This document shows positions 1 to 10,242 of a stretch of 64,000 bases of DNA, piece by piece (the stretch's first letter is position 1; each line of letters begins with the position of its first letter). The DNA comes from an uncultured bacterium. Its GTDB lineage: Bacteria > Chloroflexota > UBA5177 > JANWHV01. The translations under genes were made by a program, and so were the position numbers. Below the pieces are notes generated by a model that searched no databases, was not told the origin of the DNA, and saw nothing but the letters and a program-made list of their open reading frames with translations. Location: assembly GCA_963827235.1 (NCBI GenBank), contig CAWHAE010000009.1, positions 576,001 to 640,000 of the forward strand. Reading direction: 5' to 3'.

Positions 1-1280
1 ACGCCGCATCAGTATTCACGTTGACCGTGGTGATGCTGTTGGCGGCGACGGTGTAGGACTTGACGACGGTCTTGCTGGCGGAGGCGAAGATGCCCCGGAC
101 CGTGATGGTCGTGGTGCCAGGATTGTACAGGTAGACGGTCTGGCTGACCGTGGAGGTGCCGTTGGTGAGATCCAGGTAGGGGAAGGCCACTTCGGTGAGA
201 CCGGCCGGCGCGCCGGACGGATTCTCAGCCGCGTACGTGCCGCCACTGGCCGGGTTGCCACCGTAGTAGGTCGGCCGCTCGACGAAGATCGGGCGGTCGG
301 AGGTGACGACGGTGGAGAAGACACCGGACTGGGTCTGCACGACGTCGTTGACCGCGATGGACTCGCGGGAGGCGGCGTCGACCTGCACCTGCTGGGAATT
401 GATCGGATTGCCGCTGGCGTCGAGGAAGAAGACGGTCACCGTGGCGCTGGCGCTCCCTGCGGAGGCCGGGTTGATGATGTCGACTTCGGAGACGTCAGAG
501 CCGGTGCCGGCGGTGCCACCGCTGCTGGGCCAGGTGCCCGTGTCGGCGGCGAAGATGTACTGGAGGTTGGTGGAGGAAGCGGCAGGCTTGGTGGAAGCAC
601 CATACTTGCCGGAACCGATGCCGTCCCCGTAGTACTCCACGCGCTCGGCAGCGACCGGCACGTTGCTGGAGAGGGAGAGACCGAACTCGGAGAAGCCCTT
701 GCTCACGAGGTCCTTGCGAATCGGCTCAGTGAGGCGGGAGTTGGCCGGGACGCTGAGCGAGATGGGCGTGACCGTGGGCGCGGCGGTGGAGCTGACCACC
801 GTCTGGGGCAGCACGTTGACCGTGATGGTGGCCGCGGTGCTGTTCGGGTTGAGGATGGTCAGGTACTCCTCGTTGGTGAGCATGATGTCACCGGAGGCGA
901 GGTAGTAGCTGAAGGGGCCGGTGGCGCCCAGGTTGAGCTGCTGGCCGAGGCTGCTGGAGCTGTCCAGAGCGGTACCGGCGGCGGTGGTGCGGGCGATGAT
1001 GCGGGTGGCGGCGAGCGGAGCAGGAGAGCTCACCTCGGCGGCCACGGAGACACCGTTGCCCACGTCCTTGTTGACCGATTCCTCGACGACCGAGTCGGCA
1101 CCGATGGAGCCGGCCACGGTGGAGACCGTGCTGGCAGCAGCCGGCGTGCTCGACGAAGTAGGTCACGGTATAGGTGGTGGCGTAGTTGTTGGCGTTGAGG
1201 ATAGACAGCGTCTCCGCGAAGTTGGCCCCGCGCCACCGGAAGTCTGGCCCGTGTAGCCTTCCGCGAAGTAGATGCTCGAG
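1..1280. repeat. Direct repeat copy 1 (~1.28 kb, continues beyond the window start)
   Basis: Matches 4428..5707 at offset 4427; about 7 substitutions seen by eye in the first 1.1 kb. Confidence 0.95.
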
Positions 1281-4021
1281 GCGCCGGCGACCGGTCCACC
1301 GGCCGCGATGGTGAACGGTACGGCACCCACGCGACCGGTCGTGGTGCCCCTGGCCGCCAGGTTGTACCGGCCGCCGGCAATCAGCGCGCCCGTGGCGGAC
1401 TTGATCGTGAAGATGCCGAAGATGGCACCGTTCGAGTCGGCGGTGAACACCTGGGCGGTGCCGGGCACATCCATGCCGGCTAGACCGGAGGAGGTGTACT
1501 GCAGGCTCACGCTGACCGACTCACCGGGACCGAAGTCGGTGCCGCTGATCACCGTGGTACCGCCGACCGGCGCCGCGCTCAGCGAGCTGGTGAAGGTGGC
1601 CGGGGTGGAGTTGACCACCGTGAGATTGCAGACGCGCTGTTGCTGAGCACTGCCGCCGCCCGCCACGTAGGCGGTGACGGCGAGCGTGTAGCCGCCGGGG
1701 GCAGTGCCGGGCGGGACCGTGAAGGTGGCGGTCAGGTTGCCGCCGGCGTCGACCGTCACGGCTATGGGACCCAGGGGCGCGGGCGCAAAGCCGATCGCCA
1801 TGCTGTTGCTGCCGCTGGCGCCCTGGGGGGCAACGGCGAACTGGGTGCCAGTGAGGATGACCACCTGGCCGGGTACGAGGTTCGACGCCGGGCAGCTCAA
1901 TACGCCGCCGGCGCTCGTGCCGGCAACGACCTCCACCGGCGCCAGGTTGCTCGACATGCCGCCGGCATAGACGTAGTAGCCGGAGGGCAGCGCGAGGGCG
2001 TTCGGAGCGGTGCCGGCCGGTCCGGAGAGGTTGCCCTGGCCGTCGGCGTACAGCGTGCCGGCCTGGAGCGACGACCCGGCAGAGGACGGGCTCTGAGTGG
2101 ACCGGTAGTAGAAATTCACCGCCTCTCCGGCCCAGAAACCGTGACCGGCGAGGGCGAGACCGGCTCCGTTGTCCAGGACGGTCGCCGTGATCACCGGCCT
2201 GGAGATGGTGAAGGCTGCCGTCTGTGACATCGCTCCGTCGGGCCCCGTGCCGCTTACGTCGACCGTCAGGCTGCCCGCCGGCTGCAGTCCGCAGGCGCTG
2301 GGCACGGTGAAGCTGCCGCGCGCCGTGCCGGCCGTGTCTATCTGGACAGTGGGAAGCGAGACGAGGCGCTGGTGTCCGGCGACGAGAGGGCCGGTGGCCG
2401 TGCCGTCCGTCGTGCCGTCGTCGCAGGAACCGCCGGTGAGGGAGACGTGCACGTAGTTGCTCGCGGTGGCGCTGCTGGGCGTGTAGCCGGTAGCAGTGAA
2501 GCTCACGGTCTGGCTCACCACGGCCTGATCCAGGATGTAGCTGCCGCCGGGCAGGGAGGTGGAAAGCACCAGCTTGCCGCTGCTGGCGGCAGAGCCGATG
2601 GTCACGCTGCCGAGAGCGCCCTCGTTCAGGCGTTCGCCGGTGCCGGGCGTCGCCGCTGACGGCGCCCAGTCCTCGGCCAGGATGTGCGCCGCACCGGAAG
2701 CGACGTTGCCGTTCAGGACCGCCCCGGCATCGGTGAAGCCGCCGTCGCCGTCTGTTGCCGCGTCGCCCAGGTAACAGGCGCCGGCAGCAACGCCGCTTGG
2801 CGGCGGCGGCGTGATCTGCCCGACGTATTCGGTCGTCGCGTAAGTATCGGGCGTGGAGGAGGTGGCGCTTGCTGCCTCGTGCGAGCCGGGCTGCACCTGG
2901 CAAGCTCCGCTGCCGCTCTCGTCGATGGCCCAGAAGTCGACGGTTGCATTGGCGGCAAAGCCGGAGCCGCTGACCAATACGGTGCCGCTGGGGCCGGCGA
3001 TGCCGTCGCCGACCACGGTGATAGACGACACGGTGTGGTCGAGCTTCACGCCGGCCGCCGCCAGCACGGTCGGCTTGACGGCAGAGCTGCTGACCACGGC
3101 GACGATGGTGTAGATCTGGTCGAAGAGCGCACCGGAGCTGACGACGTCCGAGCCCGGCGAGGCAAGCTGCAGGCGCGCGTCGAGGTAGCCGCCGGCGCTG
3201 GGCGCCACGCAGGCCGGCTGCAGGCCGGCGCTGGTCAGTGTACAGTTGCTGCCGTTCGAGCTCGCCGGCGGCACCACCTGCAGCGGTATGGCGGTGAGGG
3301 CCCCTCCGGCTCCCAGCCCGTAGTCGCCGGCGCCGGCAACGGGAGGCGTGCTCGTCGCGCCAAACGCACGCGGGTCCTGGGCGAAGTTCATGAGATCGAA
3401 GCTGATCGGGTCGCCGGCATAGTTGCCGGACACGCTGAAGGAGACGTTGAACTGGCCGCCCAGCGGGATCACCCCGCCGTTGCTCACGGTGAGCGAGCTG
3501 GTCGCCGCGACGGCGCCCACCGTAAAGGTGGCGCCGGCCGTCGTGGCGCTGCCGCCGTCGTACGCGGTCACCCTGTAGACGCCGGGCGCGGCAGTGGACG
3601 GCAGCGTGAACGTCTGCGCGGGTAGCTGTCCGCCCGCACCGATGGTGGACGAGGCAACGGCAACCACCATGGCGTTCTGCAGGAAGCAGGTCGTGCCCGA
3701 CAGGCAGATAGCAGGATTCTCGACGTTGTCGCCCTGTGCGAACACGGCGCTCGTTCCCACGTGGGAGCCGGCATTCGACGGATTGGGCGCGTTCAGGCTG
3801 ATGGTGACCAAGCTGGAGCTCGACGACGAATAGGTGAAGCCGCTGCCGTCGACCGTGAGCGTGCCGCCGGGCGCCACCGTCGCGGGAGAAAGACTGATCG
3901 ACGGCACAGCCGCGGCGCCGGCCGCGGGCACGGAGCCGATCAGCGCCAGGAGTTGCACGACAACTACGAGCAGCCCGATACACAGCACGGCAACCCACCG
4001 CCGGGCCGAGATCGCGAGCAT
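1..4021 (-). CDS. Large secreted Ig-like-repeat surface protein with C-terminal 'YFAEGYTG' (DUF5719-like) domain; paralogue A; 3' end runs off the window; apparent frameshifts at ~1227 and ~1140
   Basis: ORF 1163..4021 has a signal peptide (MLAISARRWVAVLCIGLL...AGA) and a GGAGG RBS. 1..1280 is nearly identical to the 3' end of the intact paralogue (4428..5707). A 1-nt deletion at ~1227 and a 1-nt insertion at ~1140 relative to that copy explain the early stop. Confidence 0.8.
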
Positions 4022-4181
4022 GCTATCCCCCTCCGCTCACAGCTCACCATCTACTCTACCAGAGAGCGGGCACGGCAAGCCATGGATGCGTGCGCAACCC
4101 GCCTAACCTGCCTCGTGGCCTCCGCGTGGTACCTCCAGCTGCGAGGATGGCAGGGGCGGGGGACTGCAGCCTCCAGTACAG

Positions 4182-4251
4182 ACCGAGGCCCCGACCAGGA
4201 TTGCTCCCGGTCGGGGCCTCGGTGGGAAGCGGCGGTTAGCCGCCGCTTCCC
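4182..4251 (-). terminator. Two tandem GC-rich hairpins downstream of paralogue B
   Basis: ACCGAGGCCCCGACC/GGTCGGGGCCTCGGT (15 bp) and GGGAAGCGGCGG/CCGCCGCTTCCC (12 bp), just past the stop at 4270; no clear U-tract. Confidence 0.65.
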
Positions 4252-4269
4252 GGGACCGAGCCTACGCGA

Positions 4270-7200
4270 TTACAGGCCGAGAGAGGCCGCGATCGGGTAG
4301 GTGCCCTGGTCACCAGTGACGACCTTGTAGCCGTTCTGGTTGGACAGGGACAGAGCGACGAAGGCCTCGCTCGAGCCGCTATAGCTGGGCACGACCTGGA
4401 AGATGCCGCCGACGGCACCCGACAGCGACGCCGCATCAGTATTCACGTTGACCGTGGTGATGCTGTTGGCGGCGACGGTGTAGGACTTGACGACGGTCTT
4501 GCTGGCGGAGGCGAAGATGCCCCGGACCGTGATGGTCGTGGTGCCAGGATTGTACAGGTAGACGGTCTGGCTGACCGTGGAGGTGCCGTTGGTGAGATCC
4601 AGGTAGGGGAAGGCCACTTCGGTGAGACCGGCCGGCGCGCCGGACGGATTCTCAGTCGCGTATGTGCCGCCACTGGCCGGGTTGCCACCGTAGTAGGTCG
4701 GCCGCTCGACGAAGATCGGGCGGTCGGAGGTGACGACGGTGGAGAAGACACCGGACTGGGTCTGCACGACGTCGTTGACCGCGATGGACTCGCGGGAGGC
4801 GGCGTCGACCTGCACCTGCTGGGAATTGATCGGATTGCCGCTGGCGTCGAGGAAGAAGACGGTCACCGTGGCGCTGGCGCTCCCTGCGGAGGCCGGGTTG
4901 ATGATGTCGACTTCGGAGACGTCAGAGCCGGTGCCGGCGGTGCCACCGCTGCTGGGCCAGGTGCCCGTGTCGGCGGCAAAGATGTACTGGAGGTTGGTGG
5001 AGGAAGCGGCAGGCTTGGTGGAAGCACCATACTTGCCGGAACCGATGCCGTCCCCGTAGTACTCCACGCGCTCGGCAGCGACCGGCACGTTGCTGGAGAG
5101 GGAGAGACCGAACTCGGAGAAGCCCTTGCTCACGAGGTCCTTGCGAATCGGCTCAGTGAGGCGGGAGTTAGCCGGGACGCTGAGCGAGATGGGCGTGACC
5201 GTGGGCGCGGCGGTGGAGCTGACCACCGTCTGGGGCAGCACGTTGACCGTGATGGTGGCCGCGGTGCTGTTCGGGTTGAGGATGGTCAGATACTCCTCGT
5301 TGGTGAGCATGATGTCACCGGAGGCGAAGTAGTAGCTGAAGGGGCCGGTGGCGCCCAGGTTGAGCTGCTGGCCGAGGCTGCTGGAGCTGTCCAGAGCGGT
5401 ACCGGCGGCGGTGGTGCGGGCGATGATGCGGGTGGCGGCGAGCGGAGCAGGAGAGCTCACCTCGGCGGCCACGGAGACACCGTTGCCCACGTCCTTGTTG
5501 ACCGATTCCTCGACGACCGAGTCGGCACCGATGGAGCCGGTCACGGTGGAGACCGTGCTGGCAGAAGCGGCGTGCTCGACGAAGTAGGTCACGGTGTAGG
5601 TGGTGGTGTAGTTATTGGCGTTGAGGATGGACAGCGTCTCCGCGAAGTTGGCACCCGCGCCGCCAGAAGTCTGGCCCGTGTAGCCTTCCGCGAAGTAGAT
5701 GCTCGAGCTCACGCCGGTCGGGCTGGTGGCCGTCACGATGAACGGGTTAACCGATCCGCTCAGCGAGGAGGCACCGGTGGCCACGAGGACGTAGGTGCCG
5801 GGTACCAGCGCGCTGGCGGTGGACTTCACCGTGTAGGTCGTGCTGATCGCACCGGTCGCGCTGGCGGTGGTCGTCTGGGCAGTGCCGGGGACGGCGCTGC
5901 CGGCGAGGCCGCTGGCGCTGTAATCGATGGCGATCGTCACGGTCTCATTCGGAGCGAAGCCGCTGCCGGTGACCGCGGTGGTGTTGCCGAGCGCTACCGT
6001 GCTCGGGTTGGCGCTCAGCGACACGACCGTACCGGTCACGACGTTGACGGTGAGGAAGCGCTGCTGTTGCGTCGACACGCCGGGCACGTAGGCGTTGGCG
6101 GTCAGCGTGTAGGTGCCGGAGATCGTGCCGGTGGGCACGGTGAACGTGGCCGACATGTTGCCGGCTGCGTCGACCGTCATCGGCACAGCCGAGACCACCG
6201 TGGGCGAGAAGTTGATGCCCAGCGTGTTGGTGCTGCCGCCGGTCGGCGGGGCCAGGAACTGGGTACCGGTCACGGTGACCGTCTCGCCGGGTACCAGGGT
6301 CGGCAGCGGGGTGATGTTGCCGCCCACGCTATAGCCGACGGCCGCGGTGGCCGTAAAGCCACTGCTCGTGCCGCTGGCCTCGATGTAGTAGTAGCCGGTG
6401 CTCAGGCCGCTGGGCGCGGCGGCGGTGCCGGTGATGGTACCGTCTGCACCCGCGGTGACCACGGACAGAGCCGTGCCGGCCGTACCGGTGGAGACCGTGG
6501 AGAACAGCTGCAGGACCACCGTCTCGCCGGCCTCGAAGCCCGTGCCGGTGAAGGTGATCGTGGTGCCGTTCGTGTTAGCGGTGATGGTCGTGCTGGGGAT
6601 GGTGATCGTCGCCGTCAGGCTCTGCGAGGAGCCGGAAGCGGCGGTGCCGGTCAGGGTCAGCGTTACGCTGGTGCCGCCCACCAGGCTACAGCCCGTCGGT
6701 ACGGTGAACGAGCCGTGCACCGTGCCGGTGGTGTCGATCAGCGTCTGCCCGAGCGGATAGCTCGAGAGACCGCAGAGCGTGCCGCCGGTGAGGGTGGCGT
6801 AAACCGGCGAGGTAGCGGTGCTGGCCAGGAAGCCGGTCGCCGTGTACGTCACCGTCTGGTCGACCGCCGGTGTGGTGGTCGAGAGGGTGAAGGCGCCGGT
6901 CGAGGTCGCGGTGGAGCTCACGAGCACGGACGTGTAGGCCGACTCGTTGATCCGATGGCCCACTTCCGCGGTGCCGGTGGCGCCGAGATCGATGGCCAGG
7001 ATCTTGCCGCCGCTGTAGCCGTTGTTCGTGGTGCTCGAGGGCAGGGTCAGGCTAACGCCCGAGAAGGTGCCGCCCGGCGTGCCGTTGGTCGTGGGACCAT
7101 CGGACGCAGTCGCGGAGCCCAGGAAGCAGACAGCCGCGTCGCCCTCGTAAGAGATATCGGCGCTGGAAATGGTCGTGCCCGTAAGGGCGCCTCCGGCCGT

Positions 7201-9330
7201 GGAGTATACGGGCGACAGACAATCTGTGTACCCGGTGCCGCCGCCGCCGAGCTGATCCACGAAGTAGAACAGGACGGTAGAGCCGGCGCTCCAGTTGTAG
7301 CCGGAGACGGACACCGTGGAGCCCACGGCGACCAGTGTGCTGCTCACGTTCACGGTAGAGAGCGTATGGTCGATCTTGATGCCGTTCTCCGCGGCAGTCG
7401 AGCCGACCGTGGTCGTCGTGGTGCCCGTCAGCGGGCTGCCGGCGTCGCTCACCGCAGACAGCACGTCAGTAGTGGGCGTACCAGTGAAGCTCACCACGTA
7501 GGTGACCGGCGAAACGCCGGCAGTCACGGTCGCGGTGCCGCCGCCGCCGATGGCAGCGAGGAGGTTGTTGAGGTCGGTCGCAACCGTCGTGGTCGACGCA
7601 TTGTACGCCACGCCGGAGACAGTGACCTTGGAGCCGCCGGTCGGCGTGATCGAGATGTCATACGTGCCGCCGGTCGCGTTGATGGTCACGGGGTATCCGG
7701 TGGCTGTCGTCGTTGTCGCCGTGCCCACGGGGATATTCGGCACCAATGCGGCGGTGGTGCTGCTGGCACCGGCCGTCGTGGCGGCCGCGTCTCCAGCGGT
7801 ACCCGTGCCGATCATGGTAAAGATGTACGGCGACGCGACTGTGCCGGCCCCGGTCACGCTGAGGTCGGTGCCGGTCACAATAGCGTTAGTAGCGCCGGCC
7901 GAGGCTCGGAGCGAGGCCTGTATGGTCGCCGCCGAGGTGCCGAGGGGGATGGCGGTGTCGACGATCGCATTACCCTGCCCGGCAGTGGTGTTGCTGATCG
8001 TAATGTCGAAGTCACCGCTGCCGGCGTTGATGACCACGGAGGCAGGGCTGGCCCCACCGGCCGGGGTGACGGTCACGCCGGCTGCGAGCGGAACCGTCCC
8101 GTCGGATGCTGCCGTCAGCACGTCCGTGGCGTCGGCCGTGGTGCCTGTGCCGACGAACGTGACATTGTAGGTAACCGGGGCGGTGCCGGCGGTGACGGTG
8201 ACGTCAGTGCCGGTGCCCAGTGCCTTGGTCGTGCCGGCAAGGCCCTGCAGATCCGTTTGCACTGTGCCGAACGCCGTGCCGACCGGGATACCCGCGGTGG
8301 TCACGGCGGTGCCGTTGGTGCCGGAGATCGTCAGGTCAAAGTCGCCGGTCTTGGCGTTGACGGTGACGGGGTACGTGGTGCTCGTGGTCGACGAGGTTAC
8401 CGCGCCGACGGTGATCGAGCCGCCGGTCACGCTGGTGGCATACTGCGCCACGACCGCGTACACCTGGTCATAGAACAAGCTGGACAGCAGTGGCAGCGCG
8501 GTGCCGGTCGGGGAAGCCAGCATGAGCGTGGCGTTCACCGCCGTGGACGAAGCGCCAAGCTGACAGGTATTGTTGGTCAGCGTAGCGCTGCTGCCGCAGC
8601 TGACAATCAGAAGCGGTTCCTTTGCCAGCGTCGCGGCAGCGCCTGTCGGCGTGCCGGTGCTCTGGCCGAGTCCGCTGGCCACGGTCGCGCTGGCAGTGCC
8701 GGCGCCGGCCGTCATGGCGAAGTTCTCCAGCGCGAAGGTCACGGCGGTGCCCGCCGTGAAGCCGCTATAGAAGGCGCTGAATTCCTGGCCGAGCGACAGG
8801 CTCTGGGAGCCGGTGCTGCCGTTGATCGCCAGCCCGTTGTTGCCGCTCGTCACGGTGAAATGGGTCGTGCCGTAGTCGCCGGTCGCGGCGGGGCCAGCGG
8901 CACTGACGCCGTAGATGCCCGGAACGGCGGTCGTCGGGATGGTGAAGTCGGAGTCCGTCAGGCTGCCGCTGCTATTGGCGACGACAGTTTCCTGCAAGAC
9001 GTTGGCATAGCCCGCGGGCAGGTAGCCCAGATATCCGGCGCCGTACTCCGCGGTGTCGCCGTTGTGGGCGGCATCGATGGTGCTGTAATGGTTCGTAGCG
9101 GAGGCGCCGTAGGGCGCGTTCACCGTGATGGTGATGGACTCGCCCGACGAGGCCCCGGAGACGGTCACCGAGAGGGTGCCGCCGGCTGCCACCGACGACG
9201 TCGCGGTGACGCTGAAGGTGAGGGAGGCGTGCGCCGAAGGCGTGGCCCCCATCAGCCCGGTCAGCTGCGCCGCGAAGAGCGTCGGCACCAGGGCCAGAGC
9301 AAGAAGACTCTTGCGATGGGTCTTCAACAT
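4270..9330 (-). CDS. Large secreted Thr/Ser/Gly-rich Ig-like-repeat surface protein (~1686 aa) with C-terminal 'YFAEGYTG' domain; paralogue B
   Basis: ATG at 9330 with GGAG RBS; signal peptide MLKTHRKSLLALALVP...AHA; repeated 'TVTGxGF..GETV' beta-sandwich motifs; C-terminal YFAEGYTG, EEYLTILNP and AERVEYYG motifs. Confidence 0.88.
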   Translation of the reverse strand: MLKTHRKSLLALALVPTLFAAQLTGLMGATPSAHASLTFSVTATSSVAAGGTLSVTVSGASSGESITITVNAPYGASATNHYSTIDAAHNGDTAEYGAGYLGYLPAGYANVLQETVVANSSGSLTDSDFTIPTTAVPGIYGVSAAGPAATGDYGTTHFTVTSGNNGLAINGSTGSQSLSLGQEFSAFYSGFTAGTAVTFALENFAMTAGAGTASATVASGLGQSTGTPTGAAATLAKEPLLIVSCGSSATLTNNTCQLGASSTAVNATLMLASPTGTALPLLSSLFYDQVYAVVAQYATSVTGGSITVGAVTSSTTSTTYPVTVNAKTGDFDLTISGTNGTAVTTAGIPVGTAFGTVQTDLQGLAGTTKALGTGTDVTVTAGTAPVTYNVTFVGTGTTADATDVLTAASDGTVPLAAGVTVTPAGGASPASVVINAGSGDFDITISNTTAGQGNAIVDTAIPLGTSAATIQASLRASAGATNAIVTGTDLSVTGAGTVASPYIFTMIGTGTAGDAAATTAGASSTTAALVPNIPVGTATTTTATGYPVTINATGGTYDISITPTGGSKVTVSGVAYNASTTTVATDLNNLLAAIGGGGTATVTAGVSPVTYVVSFTGTPTTDVLSAVSDAGSPLTGTTTTTVGSTAAENGIKIDHTLSTVNVSSTLVAVGSTVSVSGYNWSAGSTVLFYFVDQLGGGGTGYTDCLSPVYSTAGGALTGTTISSADISYEGDAAVCFLGSATASDGPTTNGTPGGTFSGVSLTLPSSTTNNGYSGGKILAIDLGATGTAEVGHRINESAYTSVLVSSTATSTGAFTLSTTTPAVDQTVTYTATGFLASTATSPVYATLTGGTLCGLSSYPLGQTLIDTTGTVHGSFTVPTGCSLVGGTSVTLTLTGTAASGSSQSLTATITIPSTTITANTNGTTITFTGTGFEAGETVVLQLFSTVSTGTAGTALSVVTAGADGTITGTAAAPSGLSTGYYYIEASGTSSGFTATAAVGYSVGGNITPLPTLVPGETVTVTGTQFLAPPTGGSTNTLGINFSPTVVSAVPMTVDAAGNMSATFTVPTGTISGTYTLTANAYVPGVSTQQQRFLTVNVVTGTVVSLSANPSTVALGNTTAVTGSGFAPNETVTIAIDYSASGLAGSAVPGTAQTTTASATGAISTTYTVKSTASALVPGTYVLVATGASSLSGSVNPFIVTATSPTGVSSSIYFAEGYTGQTSGGAGANFAETLSILNANNYTTTYTVTYFVEHAASASTVSTVTGSIGADSVVEESVNKDVGNGVSVAAEVSSPAPLAATRIIARTTAAGTALDSSSSLGQQLNLGATGPFSYYFASGDIMLTNEEYLTILNPNSTAATITVNVLPQTVVSSTAAPTVTPISLSVPANSRLTEPIRKDLVSKGFSEFGLSLSSNVPVAAERVEYYGDGIGSGKYGASTKPAASSTNLQYIFAADTGTWPSSGGTAGTGSDVSEVDIINPASAGSASATVTVFFLDASGNPINSQQVQVDAASRESIAVNDVVQTQSGVFSTVVTSDRPIFVERPTYYGGNPASGGTYATENPSGAPAGLTEVAFPYLDLTNGTSTVSQTVYLYNPGTTTITVRGIFASASKTVVKSYTVAANSITTVNVNTDAASLSGAVGGIFQVVPSYSGSSEAFVALSLSNQNGYKVVTGDQGTYPIAASLGL
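4428..5707. repeat. Direct repeat copy 2
   Basis: Matches 1..1280; near-identical shadow ORFs appear in the ORF track at offset 4427. Confidence 0.95.
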
Positions 9331-10242
9331 GCTTATCTCCAAATGAATAGGTGGTTCGGGAGCCGGACACTCATTGTCTTTCGACCTGTGCGATGTCACC
9401 ATCGGATGAGTATCCGGATTCTGGCGTCTCTGCCGTGGGCGATGCCGGCTGCCGTGCGGCCCGGTTGGAAGGACACTGGACCAGAGGCCCTGCACGGCCC
9501 CGCGCACTCTCCGGCGCGCCAGGGGATCATGGACGAACGTAGCTCACTCGGTGTGTAACCCCGGGAAACGAACCGCTCAGAGCATTGACTCGTACCGAGC
9601 CTGCGCGGCCCTTCAATCCGGAGCTACCTTCATCACCCCCTTTCCCACGTGGAATACTCTCGCGCAGTCATGGTGGGCGCCTCGCCCGTTCGGTCCTCCT
9701 CCGGTCTCTCCCGTTTCTTGCCGGCACGGGCATGCAATCCCGGCCAAATCAGGGCTGAATCGGGTTCCACCGGACAGTCTAGCATCTTGCATGTCGCGGT
9801 GCCCGCCGAATGTGGCCACCGGCGGCTCCATTTGTGTAATGCGCCGGGCGGCAAAAGGATACGCCCGCAGAGCGCGTTTACAATCAATTTACAGATGACA
9901 GTTTGATGATCCTTATATATAGGGGCACATATAGGGGCGACTTTTGGGAGGGGGCGAGATGTTGTGGAGGCCCGTCCAGGCAAAGCGGGGACAAGCCCGT
10001 AACGTTGAGGGCCCTTGAAGCGTTACACTTACGGAGCAGGCAGTATGCTTCGCCCTGCCTCTTGTACTGTTGTCTCCTGGAGATGCCTTGCCCGGCTGCT
10101 GTGGCTGATCCACGACGAGGCGCGGCCCCGGGGGAGCTTACAGGTACAGTTGGCGAGGCGATAGTTACGAGGGGTTGTCTCGCGGTGGAGGCGACCGCCG
10201 GCCAGGCCGTCACGAACCGCGACGAGGCCCTGAAGGAAAGGT

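Noticed and set aside
1-5707. Diversity-generating retroelement TR/VR pair
   Set aside because: Differences between the copies include both A/G and C/T changes on the coding strand, the repeat is far longer than a TR, and no reverse transcriptase is in the window.
9331-9507. N-terminal extension of the 1745-aa ORF
   Set aside because: The ATG at 9330 has an RBS and begins a typical signal peptide; the upstream codons look non-coding.
5572-9558. 1328-aa plus-strand ORF and other long overlapping ORFs (e.g. 1521..3998, 24023..26008, 22207..23871)
   Set aside because: Arg/Gly/Ala-rich shadow frames of real genes, expected from high-GC codon bias.
9480-10240. c-di-AMP or c-di-GMP riboswitch
   Set aside because: Only isolated fragments (GCTGAATC, GGCAAA) are present, without the ordered consensus or pairing; needs an Infernal scan.
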